A stretch of DNA of 64,000 bases from Prasinococcaceae sp. CCMP 1430 (Eukaryota; Plantae; Prasinodermophyta): contig RQSC01000026.1 of the NCBI GenBank assembly GCA_013416795.1, forward strand, positions 71,980-135,979, in the 5' to 3' direction. A program made the translations under genes and the position numbers. The notes below the pieces were generated by a model. It was not told where the DNA came from and searched no databases. It saw only the letters and a program-made list of their open reading frames with translations. Positions 21,526 to 34,379 of the stretch are shown piece by piece. Each line of letters begins with the position of its first letter. Position 1 is the first letter of the stretch.

Positions 21526-24500
21526 TCACAGTGCACTCATCTCTACTCTGCCGGCATCGTCGCCGCCAAATACGGCGACGTCATTCTCGAAGGTAGTAAA
21601 GGCGCCCGTAAAAGAGCCCCACTTGTTGGGCCGTGCGAAGCGAACAATCGCGAAGGCAATTCCCGCCACCACGACCAAACCGCCTACAATCCCGCCGACC
21701 AGGCCAGCTATGGGCAACCCAGACGAGTCATCGGGCACAAACCCGACGCCGTCCTCATCCGCCCAAGCGAGTGGAAGCTTTGCTCCATTGGCGTCCCCAC
21801 TCACCTGCGGCAATGATGGGTGGTGAGGGGCGCCCGCTGTTAGTTGGCGCGCTCGCCTGCGCGCTACCCTCTCCAACGCGAGAGCCGGTCTTGAGCATGC
21901 CGCGCGCGCACCTCATATCCACCGACGCTATCGCCCACGCCGACAGCCGCCGAGAATGTCTCCTTCTCGGCGAGCGACACGACTTGGATCAGCAGCTCCT
22001 CACGCACGGCCACGTCCTTGACCACCAGCGCCTCCGCGAAGGCCGCCAAGCCGCTCGCATCTGAAACAGCCCTTCCAAGCTCTTTGGCGCTCTCTGAATA
22101 CGCGAGCGACTCGAGCTCCGCGCGGATCTTGTCACATCCAGTCTCGCTTGCACACACGACTGATGCATCTGCGCGCAGCAATACCACCGCGTCCTCGGCG
22201 AGCGCGCGCGCCTCGCCCGCGCGCGCATTCTTCGCCGTAATGCCCCGTGCACCACGAGTCGCCTCGCTCTGCTGGAGGGCACGCGCATGCATGCGTCTGC
22301 GGCCGCTACCGTCTCTGCCGAGCGTCACCAACACATCGCCGACACGCGACCCGGTGAGTGCAGCCAGCGCGCTCGATAAGGCGGACGAGCTCAGCTTGTC
22401 TGCCTTGTCGCTGCCTGTCACCGAGAGCGACAGCGTCGCCGCGATCGCTGCAGATGCACGCGTGATCTGCACGCCATCCTGTCCGATCCCAGCGCCACCG
22501 TTGCCCACGGCGCCACTCTCAGCGAGCATTGATGCAAGTGACCCCTCCAGCTCGGTCAATGCCTCATTCCTGTCCGACAGAAAGCCCTTGAGCAGGCCCT
22601 CCCCGGAGAGCACCAGCACGGTGGTGTGCGGCTCCACGTACTTGGGCGGTGGCGAGGCGGTGGCGGTGGCAGGCGGGGGGCTCTCAGTCACGGCGGGCGC
22701 GGGTCGTGGTGGGGGAGAGGAGCTCATGCGTGGTGGCGAGCTAGACGCCTGCGCAGGCGGCGGTCGCACGTCTACCTGAGTGGGCGGCGGCGGCGCGACC
22801 TCGGGCGGGGGCGCAGACGTGTACCGTTCTGCCAGCGGCAGCTCCTGCATGGGCTTTGTGCACATCCACTCTGCGGCATTCGCGCCATCGCTCTCGAGCT
22901 CCATCGTCACAACAGCCACGTCGAGCCCCACCTCAATCGTGTCGGGGCAAATGTGATGCTTGCGATTGGTGAATGTGGTGGTGTGGTATGCCATGCGCAT
23001 CGTGCCTCCGACGCGCTCGAAGAGGTAACAGAACTCGCGGTTCGAATACGCCTTGAGCACGCCCTCGGAGGTAGGCGAGCCGTTGTCTGATACGCCACAC
23101 TCGCGTACATTCGCCTCAAATGCCACCTCGCGTACAGTACTTTCGTCCGCGCCCTCGCAAGCGTATTCCGAGACGAGCGTGCCCGCCGCTCCTCCTGCCG
23201 CCACGGTCATGCTAGTACTGCATGTGACCTTCTGCACGTTTTCCACGCACTGGTCTGCCTTCTCGGCAGGCAGCACGTCCGCGCAGTAAGCCCACGCGCC
23301 TGCAAAGGTGGGCGTGAGCGAACACCATGGGCGCACGTCCTCCGTGGTAGTGCACGTATCGTACTGCACACCACGGTATGTGAAAGGCAGCGCACATGGC
23401 GCTCCGTAGACAGTGACGCGCCCTTCGTCATTCTCAGCTGAGCACGCGCGGGCGAACGTCTCGCTGCCGGTCCACTCGCCCGCGAACTCGGCAGGCACCG
23501 CATGCGGCTGGCACAGCCACGCCTCGGCGCCAAGCTGGCCGCTCACTGGTGCCAGCGTGTTGATGACCAGTTCGGCATCCACGGCTCCGGTGTCGATGTG
23601 ATCGCACTCGTCGGCGCGCGCTAGTATGCCTTGGTGCCATTTCGTGGTGAGTAGACCTGTGTCCGGGTCGATCTCAAACGAGTGGCAATAGCTGCGCCCA
23701 GCGATGATCGCATGGTAATAGCCACGGTGATCCCCCGTACATGCGACCTCCGTTAGGATGTCGTTTGAGTACGGCACGAACTCGTCCGAGCCCTCACAGC
23801 GGATACTGCGCTCCGAGCCACGCAATACATGCAAATGCGGGTCTCAACGAGTCAGCGCTGCGTGTGCAGGCTCATCTGCACGCCAGACAGGCGGGGCACC
23901 GTGGGCCTCGAGCTCCTGCCACGGGGAATGCGCGTCTTTGAAACATCAAGCGAACAAAGGCGCCGGCCTGCAGCAATGCGCGCGCCCGACCCTACGCATA
24001 CACGCGCGCATTTGCGCGCGTGCTACCCGCCCTGTCGAGGTCCGCGCGAGGCGAGGCTAACCGATGTCTATCTCTCGACGCACCTCATCGAGAGCATAGT
24101 CGAACCTGCGACCGTCGACATTCGCAGCTCACACGTGCCACCCACGTGCGTCTCGGTGCCCTCCCAGTCGCCCACGAGCTCGGTGGGTACTTCCACAGCG
24201 ACGCCAGTGCCCGCCTCGGGAGCCGCACAGTAGTCGAAGTTGTTCCCAACGGGGGCGCCAAGCGTGCATGTGGATGCGTCCGCGACGACGCACCACTCAC
24301 CCAGCGGGTCGTCGTCGGGATTCTCACACGTGCCGCGGAACAAAGAGCCTTCGTACTCCCATGGGTTGGCGCATGTGCAGCCTGCCATGGTGGTTGCGGC
24401 CTGAGCGCGGGTTTGCATGCACCGGCATACGCGCGCGCCGCGCGCGAGATCGCACCCAAATATGCAGGTGTCAGCGAAGCACCCCCCCCGCAGGCCGAAC

Positions 24501-24689
24501 ACGCCGCTGCCGCCCCCGTCTGCGCGCGCTGCGCACCTGTGGGGCGTCGCCAGGCTCTCCATATGCGCCACTTGTCCCGTCGAAAGGCTCTCCGTATGCG
24601 CCACTGTCGCCGTAGAAAGCGGCATTGGCGGCGGTGGCCGCACCGAGCGCCAGCGCGAGCGCCGGCGCCGCGGCGCCGCGCACCATCAT
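21526..24689 (-). CDS. Type I cell-surface protein with fibronectin type II domain(s) and Pro-rich stalk: complement(join(21526..21804,21912..23805,24084..24400,24537..24689))
   Basis: Signal peptide; FN2 CALPFTYRGVQYDTCTT..RPWCSLT..WAYC; a second FN2-like module CTCANPWEY..C.NPDDD..WC; SPPP tracts; TM GLVGGIVGGLVVVAGIAFAIV; three introns splice in frame. Confidence 0.8.
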
Positions 24690-25409
24690 CGACGCGACGC
24701 GCGCGAGCGGCGCGAGCGCGCCGTGTGGCCCGCGCCCGCGCCACGCGTTGTGGCTCCGCCCGCGTCAGCCAGTGTCGTGGCCTTGCGCGCCGGCGGTCAG
24801 CACACCCACCGCACCCCCCGTCCCTTCCCACCGCTGGCGCTCGCCCCGCCGCGTGCATTGACCTGACGTCGGTCGGCCGGGTCGGGGGGAGGAGGTGACG
24901 TGGGCGCTCGTTTCCAACCCCCTTGTGCATACAGTAGGTTGGCGCTCGAGCGAGGGCCGCGCCGGGAGGAACTCGCGAGGAACGCGCGCGGGGGAACCCT
25001 GCGCGCCCGCGCTGCCGCTGGCGCCTCCCTCGTGCCTGCCGAGAGTCAATAAACCCTATCTCTCAACCTCAAACACCAAATCCCGCAGAATCGAAACGCG
25101 CGCGCGCGCGCGCGCGCGCTGCTCCTGCGCGCGCGCTCCTGCCGGGTTCCCCGAGCCAGGTGCGTGAGGGAGCGAGCGGGCGAGTGCGCGCGTGCGCGGG
25201 GCAGAAGAAGAGAGAGAGAAAGAGAGAGAGAGGGGGGAGGGGGGGCGGCGGGGCGTGGCAGACGCTGGTCTCAGCGCGCGGCGCGCTCGCGCGCGCGAGG
25301 CAGAGAGGAAGCGCGGGCCCTGTCACGAGACGGAGGCGAGTGCAGGGACCGCGTGGCGCCGGCGGCGCGGGGTGGGCTGTGGTGGGGTGAAGGACACGCA
25401 CCCCGGGCG

Positions 25410-28319
25410 ATGGGCGCGGGGGGTGCCGCGGCAGCGGCGCACGCGTTAGGCGAGGGCGGCGGCAGCGGCGCCCTCGCAGTGCCCGTTGGCGACGTGGGAG
25501 CGCATCCGCTGACCGACGCCACCGAGCTTCGGCCCACTGTCGCTGCCGCAGAGATTGCAGCATGGGGAGGGCGCGCTGTGCGCGGTACTGGTGCCTCGCC
25601 GGGTACGCCACGCTATCGCCGCGAGCTCGCCAGGCTACGCGCACGTGTGAGCGGTGCCGACTCGAGCGGCGCGCCCGTTGAGGATGCCAGGCATGAGCAC
25701 GGGCAGGTGAGCGCGCCTCCGCACGCGAGGGCGCATGACCCGGCCCACTGGCGCGCGGAGGTCGTCGGCGGCGACGCAGCAGGCGGCGGCGCTGCCGCCA
25801 CCGGCGGCCAGGAGCTAAAGCGTTTGCAATGTGCGGTGGCAGAGCTGTCGGCACAGCTCGAGGAGACGGCGGCCGCTCGGGACGAGGCTCTTGCGCGCCT
25901 GGGCGAGCTTGGTGCCGCAGCCGAGGCGCACGCGGCAGACGCGGCACGGCTAGCGGTGGAGCGCGACGCCGCGACCGCACAGGTGAACGCCGCCTTAGTG
26001 GCGGCGGAGGATCGCGTACTGATGGCGGAGACCGCTACTGCAGCCGCACAAACCACGCAGCAACGCGAGCGCGCGCTCTTCACCTCGTCAGTTAGCGAGC
26101 TGGAGGCCCGATTGACGGAGAGCGAGGCTCGGCTGAAGGCTGCGGAAACCCGCAGTACGCAGTTCCAGGAGGCAGCAGAGACCGGCGAGCGTGAGCGCGC
26201 AGGGTCGAAGGCGCGCGTGGTCGAGCTTGAAGAGACGCTCAGGGAGGCAGAAGCCCGCCTCACGCGCTTCCAGGAGGCTGCAGAGACCAGTGGCCGCGAG
26301 CGCGCAGAGTCGCTCACGCGCGTGGCCGAGCTCGAGGAGACGCTCGCGAAGGTGAGGCAGGCATCGACTGCCGGTATCAACGAAGTCATGGCGAGTCTGG
26401 CATACGCCGAGGTGCGGGTGACGGAGCTCTCAGAGGCAGACGCCGAAAGAAACGAACTGAAGGGCAAGGTGTCAGAGCTCACGAGCGAGGTCTCTGTACT
26501 GAGGACGAAAGTCTCAGACCTTTCAGTCCAGCTTCAGACTGTCAAGGGTGAGCGCGACCTTGCAGTCGCGGACGCGCGCAGGATCGCGGAGGACGCGCGC
26601 GAGTCCGTCGCAGGTGCCACTGAGGCCGCCGAACGCGCGAAAGTCGAAGCCGCAGCTGCGCAGGACAGTGCTGAAGCCGCCCGCGAAGAGGCGCTCGTGA
26701 TGATTGAGGAGGCCGACGGCGCATTGTCAGGCGAATTGCGAGTGCAGCTAGCCGAGCTCGAGAAACGCGCGGGCGCGGAGCGTGCGGCAGCTAGCGAGCT
26801 GGGGGCGCGCCACGCAGCGGCCAAGGAGGCAGCGCTCGCTGAGGCTGCGACGCTGGCCGAGCGCGCAGAGAAGGCTGAGGCTGCGCTCGCCGCGGCTATT
26901 GTTGCTGCGGACAGGCGCACTGAAGAAGTCGCCGAAAGTCTGGGCGCGGCGCTGGGTGAGAAGGACGCCACCATCGGCGCGCTCCGCGATCGCCTGGCCA
27001 CGTTTGAATCGGCCATCGCCGAGCGTGACGCCTTGCTGCTATCGTTTGGCACACGCGCGGATGCAAATGCACATACGCCTGCAGCTCGCTCGTCTGCAGG
27101 AAAGCACCTGCCAGGCATTGCGAGCGCACATGCACGCGCTGGTGCGCGCGCTGCCACTTTGCTCCCTGGCGCGAGCACAAGCTCCGCGCAGTTCGCAGGA
27201 CTCGATGCCGCCAGGAGCGAATCGCGCGTCCGAGCGTTGCGCGCACGTGTACGAGCGGCGGACGAAACCAAAGAAGCCGCAGTTTCCGAAATCACCGAGC
27301 TCGTGTTGGCGATGTGCGAGGCCTTCCAGGCTGCGCCCTCACGCGAGGGCGCCGCGATAATTGAGAGCATGCTGCCAACAGTGCCAGAGGCAGTGCTGCG
27401 AGCGGTGAGCTCGCAGCTGCGCGGGGATAGCGCGGCGGCAGCGGCTGGCGGCGCACCGCCCACGCCGGCACCGGCGCCTGCGCGCATTCATTCGGACTCT
27501 GGCGCGCAGAAAGCTCCGGCCGACGCCCTGGCGGCTTTGCTGGCACATGTGACCAACGCAGCCGCGGAGACTATGCGGCGCAACGCGGGTCCAGGCGCGG
27601 AGGCAGGAGCGGACTCCGAGGTTCGTCGCACTCCTGCGGCAATGGGTCAATCGCCGCAGGCGATGGCCGCGGCTGCGCACGCGGCTGGCGTCAACTTAGC
27701 GGCTGCTACCGCCGTCGCCTCGGCGCCGGAGATCGCTACGCTGCTGGCGGACACACGCGCTCGCCTCGCGCGCGCCGACGCAGACAAAAAAGCAGCGCTC
27801 GCGGAGCTGGTTTCGATGGGTGCCGCCAATCCAGCGGCTGCCATGCCACCCATCAGCGCGACGAGCGGCACGCCGGGGTCAACGCAGCGCATGGCGAGTG
27901 CCGTCTTAGCGCAGGTCGCGCACGCCAATCACGAGCACGCCGCGGAGCTCGAAGCCGTGTGGGACGACATCGAGGGCGAGGCCACCGAGCGGCGAGCGCG
28001 GCGCCTCAGCGGCATTGAAGAAGGGCCCGACGAGGGCGCTGTGGCCATGCTGGCGAACACGAACACCCCCGCTGCCACATCGTCGATACCCAAGAAGATG
28101 CTAGTCGCGGCGATTCGGTCGTCGGGTCTAGCGGGGGCGCCCTCGTCGCCGTCGGCATCCTCCGAGGAGCGGCTGTTGGCCACCAAGATCGCAGTGCGGC
28201 GCGACGTCGACAGCCAGCTCGAGGCGCTCGCGAGCGCCGACGCCACGCTCGGCGAGATGGGGCGCGCGCTCGCCGCCGGTGGCGCCGGTGGCAGCGGCGG
28301 CGAGTTAGCGCTCGTGTAG
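25410..28319 (+). CDS. Long Ala/Glu-rich coiled-coil protein (possible intron near 25708)
   Basis: Extended heptad pattern and a duplicated ~35-aa unit FQEAAET.ERERA.S..RV.ELEETL; no catalytic motifs. Confidence 0.7.
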   Translation: MGAGGAAAAAHALGEGGGSGALAVPVGDVGAHPLTDATELRPTVAAAEIAAWGGRAVRGTGASPGTPRYRRELARLRARVSGADSSGAPVEDARHEHGQVSAPPHARAHDPAHWRAEVVGGDAAGGGAAATGGQELKRLQCAVAELSAQLEETAAARDEALARLGELGAAAEAHAADAARLAVERDAATAQVNAALVAAEDRVLMAETATAAAQTTQQRERALFTSSVSELEARLTESEARLKAAETRSTQFQEAAETGERERAGSKARVVELEETLREAEARLTRFQEAAETSGRERAESLTRVAELEETLAKVRQASTAGINEVMASLAYAEVRVTELSEADAERNELKGKVSELTSEVSVLRTKVSDLSVQLQTVKGERDLAVADARRIAEDARESVAGATEAAERAKVEAAAAQDSAEAAREEALVMIEEADGALSGELRVQLAELEKRAGAERAAASELGARHAAAKEAALAEAATLAERAEKAEAALAAAIVAADRRTEEVAESLGAALGEKDATIGALRDRLATFESAIAERDALLLSFGTRADANAHTPAARSSAGKHLPGIASAHARAGARAATLLPGASTSSAQFAGLDAARSESRVRALRARVRAADETKEAAVSEITELVLAMCEAFQAAPSREGAAIIESMLPTVPEAVLRAVSSQLRGDSAAAAAGGAPPTPAPAPARIHSDSGAQKAPADALAALLAHVTNAAAETMRRNAGPGAEAGADSEVRRTPAAMGQSPQAMAAAAHAAGVNLAAATAVASAPEIATLLADTRARLARADADKKAALAELVSMGAANPAAAMPPISATSGTPGSTQRMASAVLAQVAHANHEHAAELEAVWDDIEGEATERRARRLSGIEEGPDEGAVAMLANTNTPAATSSIPKKMLVAAIRSSGLAGAPSSPSASSEERLLATKIAVRRDVDSQLEALASADATLGEMGRALAAGGAGGSGGELALV

Positions 28320-28868
28320 AGCAACTCGTCCGTGCGCACGTCAGTTCGCCCGCGCCCGCGCGCCCACGCTGCGGCGCTGAGGTGGCGCGCGCGGCGGTGG
28401 CGGCGGCGCTGCGGGGCGGATCGAGACCCCAAAGGAGGGGGGAGGTAAGGGTTCGAGGGCGAGCGTGACGTGCGATCGCATGCGGTGCCGCCCGGCGCGC
28501 GCGGGAGGGAGAGGGAGGGCGCGGACCCTGAAGACGCGGCGCGAGCGCGCGGGCGCGGGGGCGGACGCAGCGCCACGCGGGCGCCACAGTGGCCACAGCG
28601 CGCGCGGGACGGGGGAGGGAGACCCAGCGCGAGGGCGGGCGTGACGGGTAGGCGCACCGCGGAAGGCCCACCGCGAGCGCGTGCGGGCTGCTCTCGGCCG
28701 GCGTCTGCGGGTCAAAAGCTCGGGTGCCCGCGGCGGTGCGGGCCGGGCGCTCAGCGCCTTTGCACCGCAGCGCGTCGGGGACGGGGCGGTGGGACAAAGC
28801 CAGGGGGGTGGAGGGCACGAGCGACGAGAATCGATTCTGCCGCCTCTGGAAGCCCCCGCCGCTGCGCC

Positions 28869-29261
28869 ATGGACGCTGCCGCTGCGGACGTGGCTGGGCC
28901 AGACATTGCCGCGAGCGTAGAGCCGTCTTCCACGGATGAGGGCATCCGCCAGTTGGACCTCGCCGCCTGGGAGCACGCCATCAAGGCAACGGCTGTCGCA
29001 GAGGCATTGAGCAGCTCTCCAGATACGCATGCCGACGTGCGCGAGCTCCTCTCGCAGCTAGGGGCCGCGGGCCATCGCGAGACCATCCACTCGGCGCCTA
29101 CAGATTCGGCGCACGCCCAGCACGCCAAGGCCGCGGACGCAGCGGCCAGGCTCAGCGACGCACACGACGTTCGCCGCCTCCTGTCCAATTACAGGCGGAG
29201 GACTTTTGACATGACGGGTCTGACGGGTAGCGGCGCAGGCCGCGCAGGTGCAGCTGCGTGA
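28869..29261 (+). CDS. Small hypothetical protein (130 aa)
   Basis: ATG in GCCATGG context, helical composition, no recognised family. Confidence 0.5.
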   Translation: MDAAAADVAGPDIAASVEPSSTDEGIRQLDLAAWEHAIKATAVAEALSSSPDTHADVRELLSQLGAAGHRETIHSAPTDSAHAQHAKAADAAARLSDAHDVRRLLSNYRRRTFDMTGLTGSGAGRAGAAA

Positions 29262-29597
29262 GGCCACAGGTTGGCGAGAGTAGACGCTCTTTTGGTAGTG
29301 AGAAGAGTAGCCGTAGAGTACACGTAAGGAGGCACATGAAGCAGATACCAGCGTTTGTGCACCGCAACCTGGCGGGCACAGAGGGCACACCCTGGCACAA
29401 TCCGGCGCTCGCAGCTTGAGCGACGGATGGGCGCGCTTCCACACCAGCACCGGCCGCCACCGCTAGCTAGAGAGGGTCGCTTCCGCGGTCCGCCAGCATA
29501 GTCAAAAGTTACGCAGGCGCGCGCGCGTTCGAGCGGAAAAGTGGCGGCGGCGGTGCGCAGCCGGCGTCGCAGGTTTGGTGAGCGTTGCGAGCCCTCC

Positions 29598-31020
29598 TCA
29601 CAGGATGCCCGAGTTCTTCAGCAGCTGCTCGGCGCACTGCACGGCGTTGAGCGCAGCACCCTTGCGAATCTGGTCGCCGCAGACGAAGAGGTCCAGGCCC
29701 TTGTTGCCCGGCTGCGAGATGTCCTGCCTCACGCGGCCGACGCACACGTTGTCCTTGCCCGACACGTCCAGCGGGGTGGGGAAGGAGTTGTTGGCGCGGT
29801 CGTTGATGATGGAGACGCCCTCGGCATTCTCGAGGAGCTTCATGGCGTCGTCCTCGGAGAGCTCACCCTTCAGCTGCAGGTTGATGGACTCGGCGTGCGC
29901 GCGCATGACCGGCACGCGGATGCACGTGCCCGACACCATGACGTCCGGCTCCGACCAGATCTTGCGCGTCTCGTTGACGAGCTTCATCTCCTCCTCGTTG
30001 TAGCCGTTAGGCCCAACGTCGGAGTTGTGCGAGAAGAGGTTGAACGCGTACTGGCGCGGGAAAATGTCGCACGTGGGCTCCTCGCCCGCGAGCACCTCGC
30101 GCGTCTGCTGCTCGAGCTCGGCCATCGCCGCCGCGCCCGCGCCCGAAGCGGCCTGGTAGGTGCTCACCACCATGCGCTCGACGCCAACGGCCTTGTGGAT
30201 GGGGGTGACGGCCATCAGGCAGATGATGGTGGAGCAGTTGGGGTTGGCGATGATGCCACCAGAGCCGACCTTCATGTGCGCCATCGCCTCCGGGTTGACC
30301 TCGGGCACCACCAGCGGCACGCCCTCAGTCATGCGGAACGCGGACGAGTTGTCCACGACGGTGCACCCGTTCTCGGCCGCCTTGGGCCCGAACTTCTTGG
30401 ACACGCCGCCGCCCGCCGAGAACAGGGCGATGTCGACGCCCTCGAGTGCCTCGTCGGTGAGCTCCTCCACGGTGTACTCCACGCCCTCGAAGGTGTACTT
30501 GGAGCCGGCCGAGCGGCTGGAGCCGAGCATCTGGGGGGCCGCAAGGGGACGCGCGGCCGCATGTCAGTCGGTGGGTGTCGCCGCGAGCCCGTCGATGCGC
30601 GCGCGCGCGATGGAAGCGCCGCGCTGAGCCGCGCCATCCCCAGGCTTGCGCGTCCGCCCACGCTCGCGCTCGCTGCGCGCGCAGGCGCCCACTGGGCCCG
30701 CCCGCCCCCTCGCCAGCCGTGCGCATCCGCTCTCCGCGCGCACCTTGAGCTTGCCGTAGGGGAACTCGCGCTCGGCGAGCACTTCGAGGAACTCCTGGCC
30801 GACGGCGCCGGACACGCCCGCGATCGCGAGCGTCGGCGCGCCCTCCACGAGCTTCGCGCTCGCTCGCGCACGGCGCGGCCCGCGGCCGCTACCGCGCCGC
30901 GCCGCCTCCGCCTCCCCTCCCCCCCTTCCCCCTCCGCGCACGCTCGCCCCGCACACGCGCGCGCGCGCGCAGCCGCCGCTCGCCGGCCAGATTGCGCCGC
31001 GCTCACTTGCGGCCACACAA
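29598..31020 (-). CDS. asd: Aspartate-semialdehyde dehydrogenase, likely plastid-targeted; exons 29598..30530 and 30744..~30950; 5' exon unresolved
   Basis: AIAGVSGAVGQEFL, VVDNSSAFRM, IIANPNCSTII (catalytic Cys), VSTYQAASGAG, RVPVMRAHAE, GDQIRKGAALNAVQ. Confidence 0.96.
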
Positions 31021-31666
31021 GCGCGCACAACCCCCCAAAAACCGGAGCAAAAAGCTTTCATATCCACATCGGCGGAGTGAAAAGGGCCGTTTTCGTTGGC
31101 ATCGATCGATGGGTGGCACTGTACTCCTCTCGATCGAGACACGCCAGGCGAGGCGAGGCACCCCGGAAAAACCGAAAGCCCGGGTGATCGATCGATGCAT
31201 GACAAGCAAGGGGCCAATCAATTCGTCGTTTCCGGCCAGATTCCCCCGGGTTTTGCGGGGCATGCCCCGGTCTCGTCCGTCCGGAGCGGGGATCGATCAG
31301 GATCAGCCTGTCCGGCTCTGCCCTGGCTGCGGCGCGCGGGCGCGTGTGGCGCGCGCGCGCCCCGCCCCAGTCCAGTCAGACGCTCGGTCGGCGAAAGCCC
31401 ACCCTCATCAGTCATGCTTGGTTGGACAGTGCGAATCGACGCAATGCATCGCGATGTGCAGCCTGTTCACGAGCGCCTCCGCGCGGCGCGCGCGGCGGAC
31501 GAAGGGGTACCGGCGACGATTGGGCTGCCAGCCCAACGAACAGGCGCGCGTGGCGCCGGCACGCTCGCCGGCGCGAGCGCGAGCGCGGGGGGCGGCCAGA
31601 GGGCGGCACAAGGCGGACTGCCGGCGCGATTGCGCCACGCCCGGCCGCCGCGCGGCGAGGACGACG

Positions 31667-32567
31667 ATGCGCGCCCCCTCGCCGCGCCCGCGGACCCCTC
31701 TGCCGGTCGCAGAATTGCCGCTTAGTCCGCGTGCCGACGGCGCGCCGCGCACGCCGCCCCCAGTCCCCCACGATCCTGGCCCCACGGCGGAACCGCAGGG
31801 CTGGATGTGGAAGCGAGGCAGCCTCACCGGGCGCTGGGTGCGCCGCTGGTACTACCTGCGCAGCGGGCGGCTCTTTTCCATGCGCCATCCGGCCGAGGAG
31901 GGAGGAGGGCACGCTGTGTCCTCCAAACCGCTCAAGTACGTGGTCGCAGAGAAGGTGGGTGCCGGCACGTTCGCCAGAGCGAGGGAGCGGGAAGTGGGCG
32001 GAAGGCCGTCTGCCGCTGAGAGCCGCTCGGCCTCTGGGCCAAGGCTGACATTCGCGCGCGCGTTGCCGGCGCGTTTTCGCTCTGCAGCCTGTGCATGGCC
32101 CCGACTCGTCGAAGCGCGTCGATAGCAACCCCAGCGCGGACGGCGCCTCCGGTGATGGCGCAGACAGGGCCTACCCGCTGTTTCTACACTTCGGCACGTA
32201 TGCCCCCAAGGAGGTGCGCCTGTACGCGGAGACGCATGATGCACGCAATGCCTGGCTCAGGGCACTGGCTCTATCCCTCTCGTTACCAGTTGACGCTGCC
32301 GTCGTGGCGGCAAGCGGGGGCGCCGGTGATCGCGAAGACAACGATTGCGATCAGCGCGACACTGCGCCCGGCGGGGCCAGCGATGGTTTCTCCGCGGCGC
32401 CAGTGCGCGGTGCGCCGCTTGAGTGCGTGGCCGCGCCGCGCCGTTTCTCGGAGGGCGCCGTGATGGTACGCCCATCGCGACGCACACGCGCGCGAAGTGC
32501 CCCCCCGAAGCCGGCGCATCCTGCCGACAGCGCGGCGCCATTCTCCTGGACGTCGTATCACGGCTAA
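31667..32567 (+). CDS. PH-domain protein: join(31667..31954,32088..32567)
   Basis: GWMWKRG...WVRRWYYL and terminal helix LYAETHDARNAWLRAL; canonical phase-0 intron. Confidence 0.8.
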
Positions 32568-32848
32568 GGACAGCGCCGCCCTCGCGCGCCCTCCAGATCC
32601 CCCGCCCCCTCCCCCACGCGACACCAACCACACAAAAGAAGGAGCAACGCTCCGATCCGCTGCCCAGATATCCACAAACTTCGTGTTACGACGGGAGGTA
32701 GGGCCGCTAATCTCGGCAGACCTCCCAGCAGACATCGCAGCTCAAGTTTCTTCGCGCAACGACAACGATCGTGCGCACGACCACACGTGCCGCAATTTAG
32801 ATGATACACACATGTACAGACACAACACGTAACACAACTCGATCGGCC

Positions 32849-34379
32849 TCAGTTGTACGCCACGCCTCCCGCACCGAAGCTGCCGCCAGCCGGCGGCCCC
32901 GCGCCCGGGGCGCCGCCGTACCCACTGCGCGGCAGGTTCACGCGCTCGTCATCGAGCACCTGCAGATCCGGCGCCAGCAAACGCACGTACTTGTCGAAGT
33001 ACAGGATCTGCTTCACGAGCAGGCCGAACTCCCTGGGCAGCTTCAGGCCGTACCCATCAGACACGCGCACAATCTCCAGCAGCAACCTGTTGACCTGCGC
33101 CTCATCAAACGACACAGAAGCGGCGGCGGTCGCTCCCGCACCACCCGGGCCCGCCCCCGCCCCCGGCGGACTCTCCACGAGCACCACGTCGAGCGATGCG
33201 TCGAGCGCCTCAGCTTGCGCGAAGACCTCCTTGAGGTCCCTGGCGAACGCCTCGATGTCGACCTGCGTGTCCGTGGCGCCCATCTGCACAAGAGCGCGCG
33301 CGGTCGTGTCGTAGTCGCCCGCCGGAAGGGCCAGCAGCAGCGCTTCCACCGCGCCCCAGATCACGGGCGGCACGCGCCCCACGATGCCGAAATCGATGAA
33401 AGCCACCCTGCCGTCCCTCAGCGCGAGCAGGTTGCCGGCGTGCACGTCCGCGTGGAACGACTCCGCGCCGAGCACGCTCGCGAACCACGTGTTGAGCGCA
33501 TTGATGAGCGTGGCCTCGGGGTTGGGCACGTACCCCTCGAGCGCATCCAGGTCGGTGAGCGAGACGCCGTCGATGAACTCGGTGGTGAGCACGCGCGTCG
33601 ATGTCGCGTTCTTGAAGACGACTGGCACCTTGGCGACCGAGCCCAGCCCGGTGGTGTCGAGGAAGCGCTGGAATTCCTCGATGTTGCGGGCCTCCTTGTT
33701 TAGGTCGACCTCCTCGAGCATGGACTCACGGATGTCGCTCACCACGGCGCTCAGCGACGTGCGCGCGAGCTCGGGTGCCAGGAACTCCAGCGTGCGCGCC
33801 GTGACGTAGATGAAGTTCAGGTCCGCCGTGAGCACGTCCTCAACGCCCGGCTTGAGCACTTTCACGGCGACGTCGCGCCCGGAGCCGCGCAGCGTCGCGC
33901 GGTGCACCTGCGCGACGCTCGCCGTCGCGAGTGGCGTGCGGTCTATGAACTCGAAGACCTCGTCCACGGGTCGCCCCAGATCCGCCACCAGCACCCTCTC
34001 GATCTCTGCCCAGGGCACGGGGGGCGCCCGATCGAGGCACTTGGCGAACTCCTCCACGTACTCCGGCGGGAAGAGGGTCGGCGAGCTCGCGATGAACTGC
34101 CCGAGCTTGACGTACGTCGCCCCCAGCCGCTCGAAGAGCCTGCGCAGCACAGACGGCGCCAGCCTGCCCAGCCCCTCCAGATCGCCCCGCGCGAGCAGCG
34201 GCTGCGCCTCGGAGAGCACCTCGCCCGCGGTGAGCAGACCTGCGCGCGCCGCCTCGGCCCCGCGCCGCGCGCCGCGCGGCCCGGTCGCGAGCGTCACGCG
34301 CACAACCTCCTGGACGAGCTCCGGCAGGCGCTCGAGGTCGGGCCCCGTCGATCGCCCCGCCTTCGCGCCCTTCCTGCTG
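32849..34379 (-). CDS. ABC1/UbiB atypical kinase (plastid ABC1K, most like ABC1K9); 5' exon lost near N at 34459
   Basis: LGATYVKLGQFIASSPTLFP, PLATASVAQVH, VAVKV, FHADVHAGN, FIDFGIVG, LLVKQILYFDKY. Confidence 0.92.

Noticed and set aside
25410-28319. SMC, myosin or kinesin assignment
   Set aside because: Only coiled coil is present; no Walker or motor motifs.
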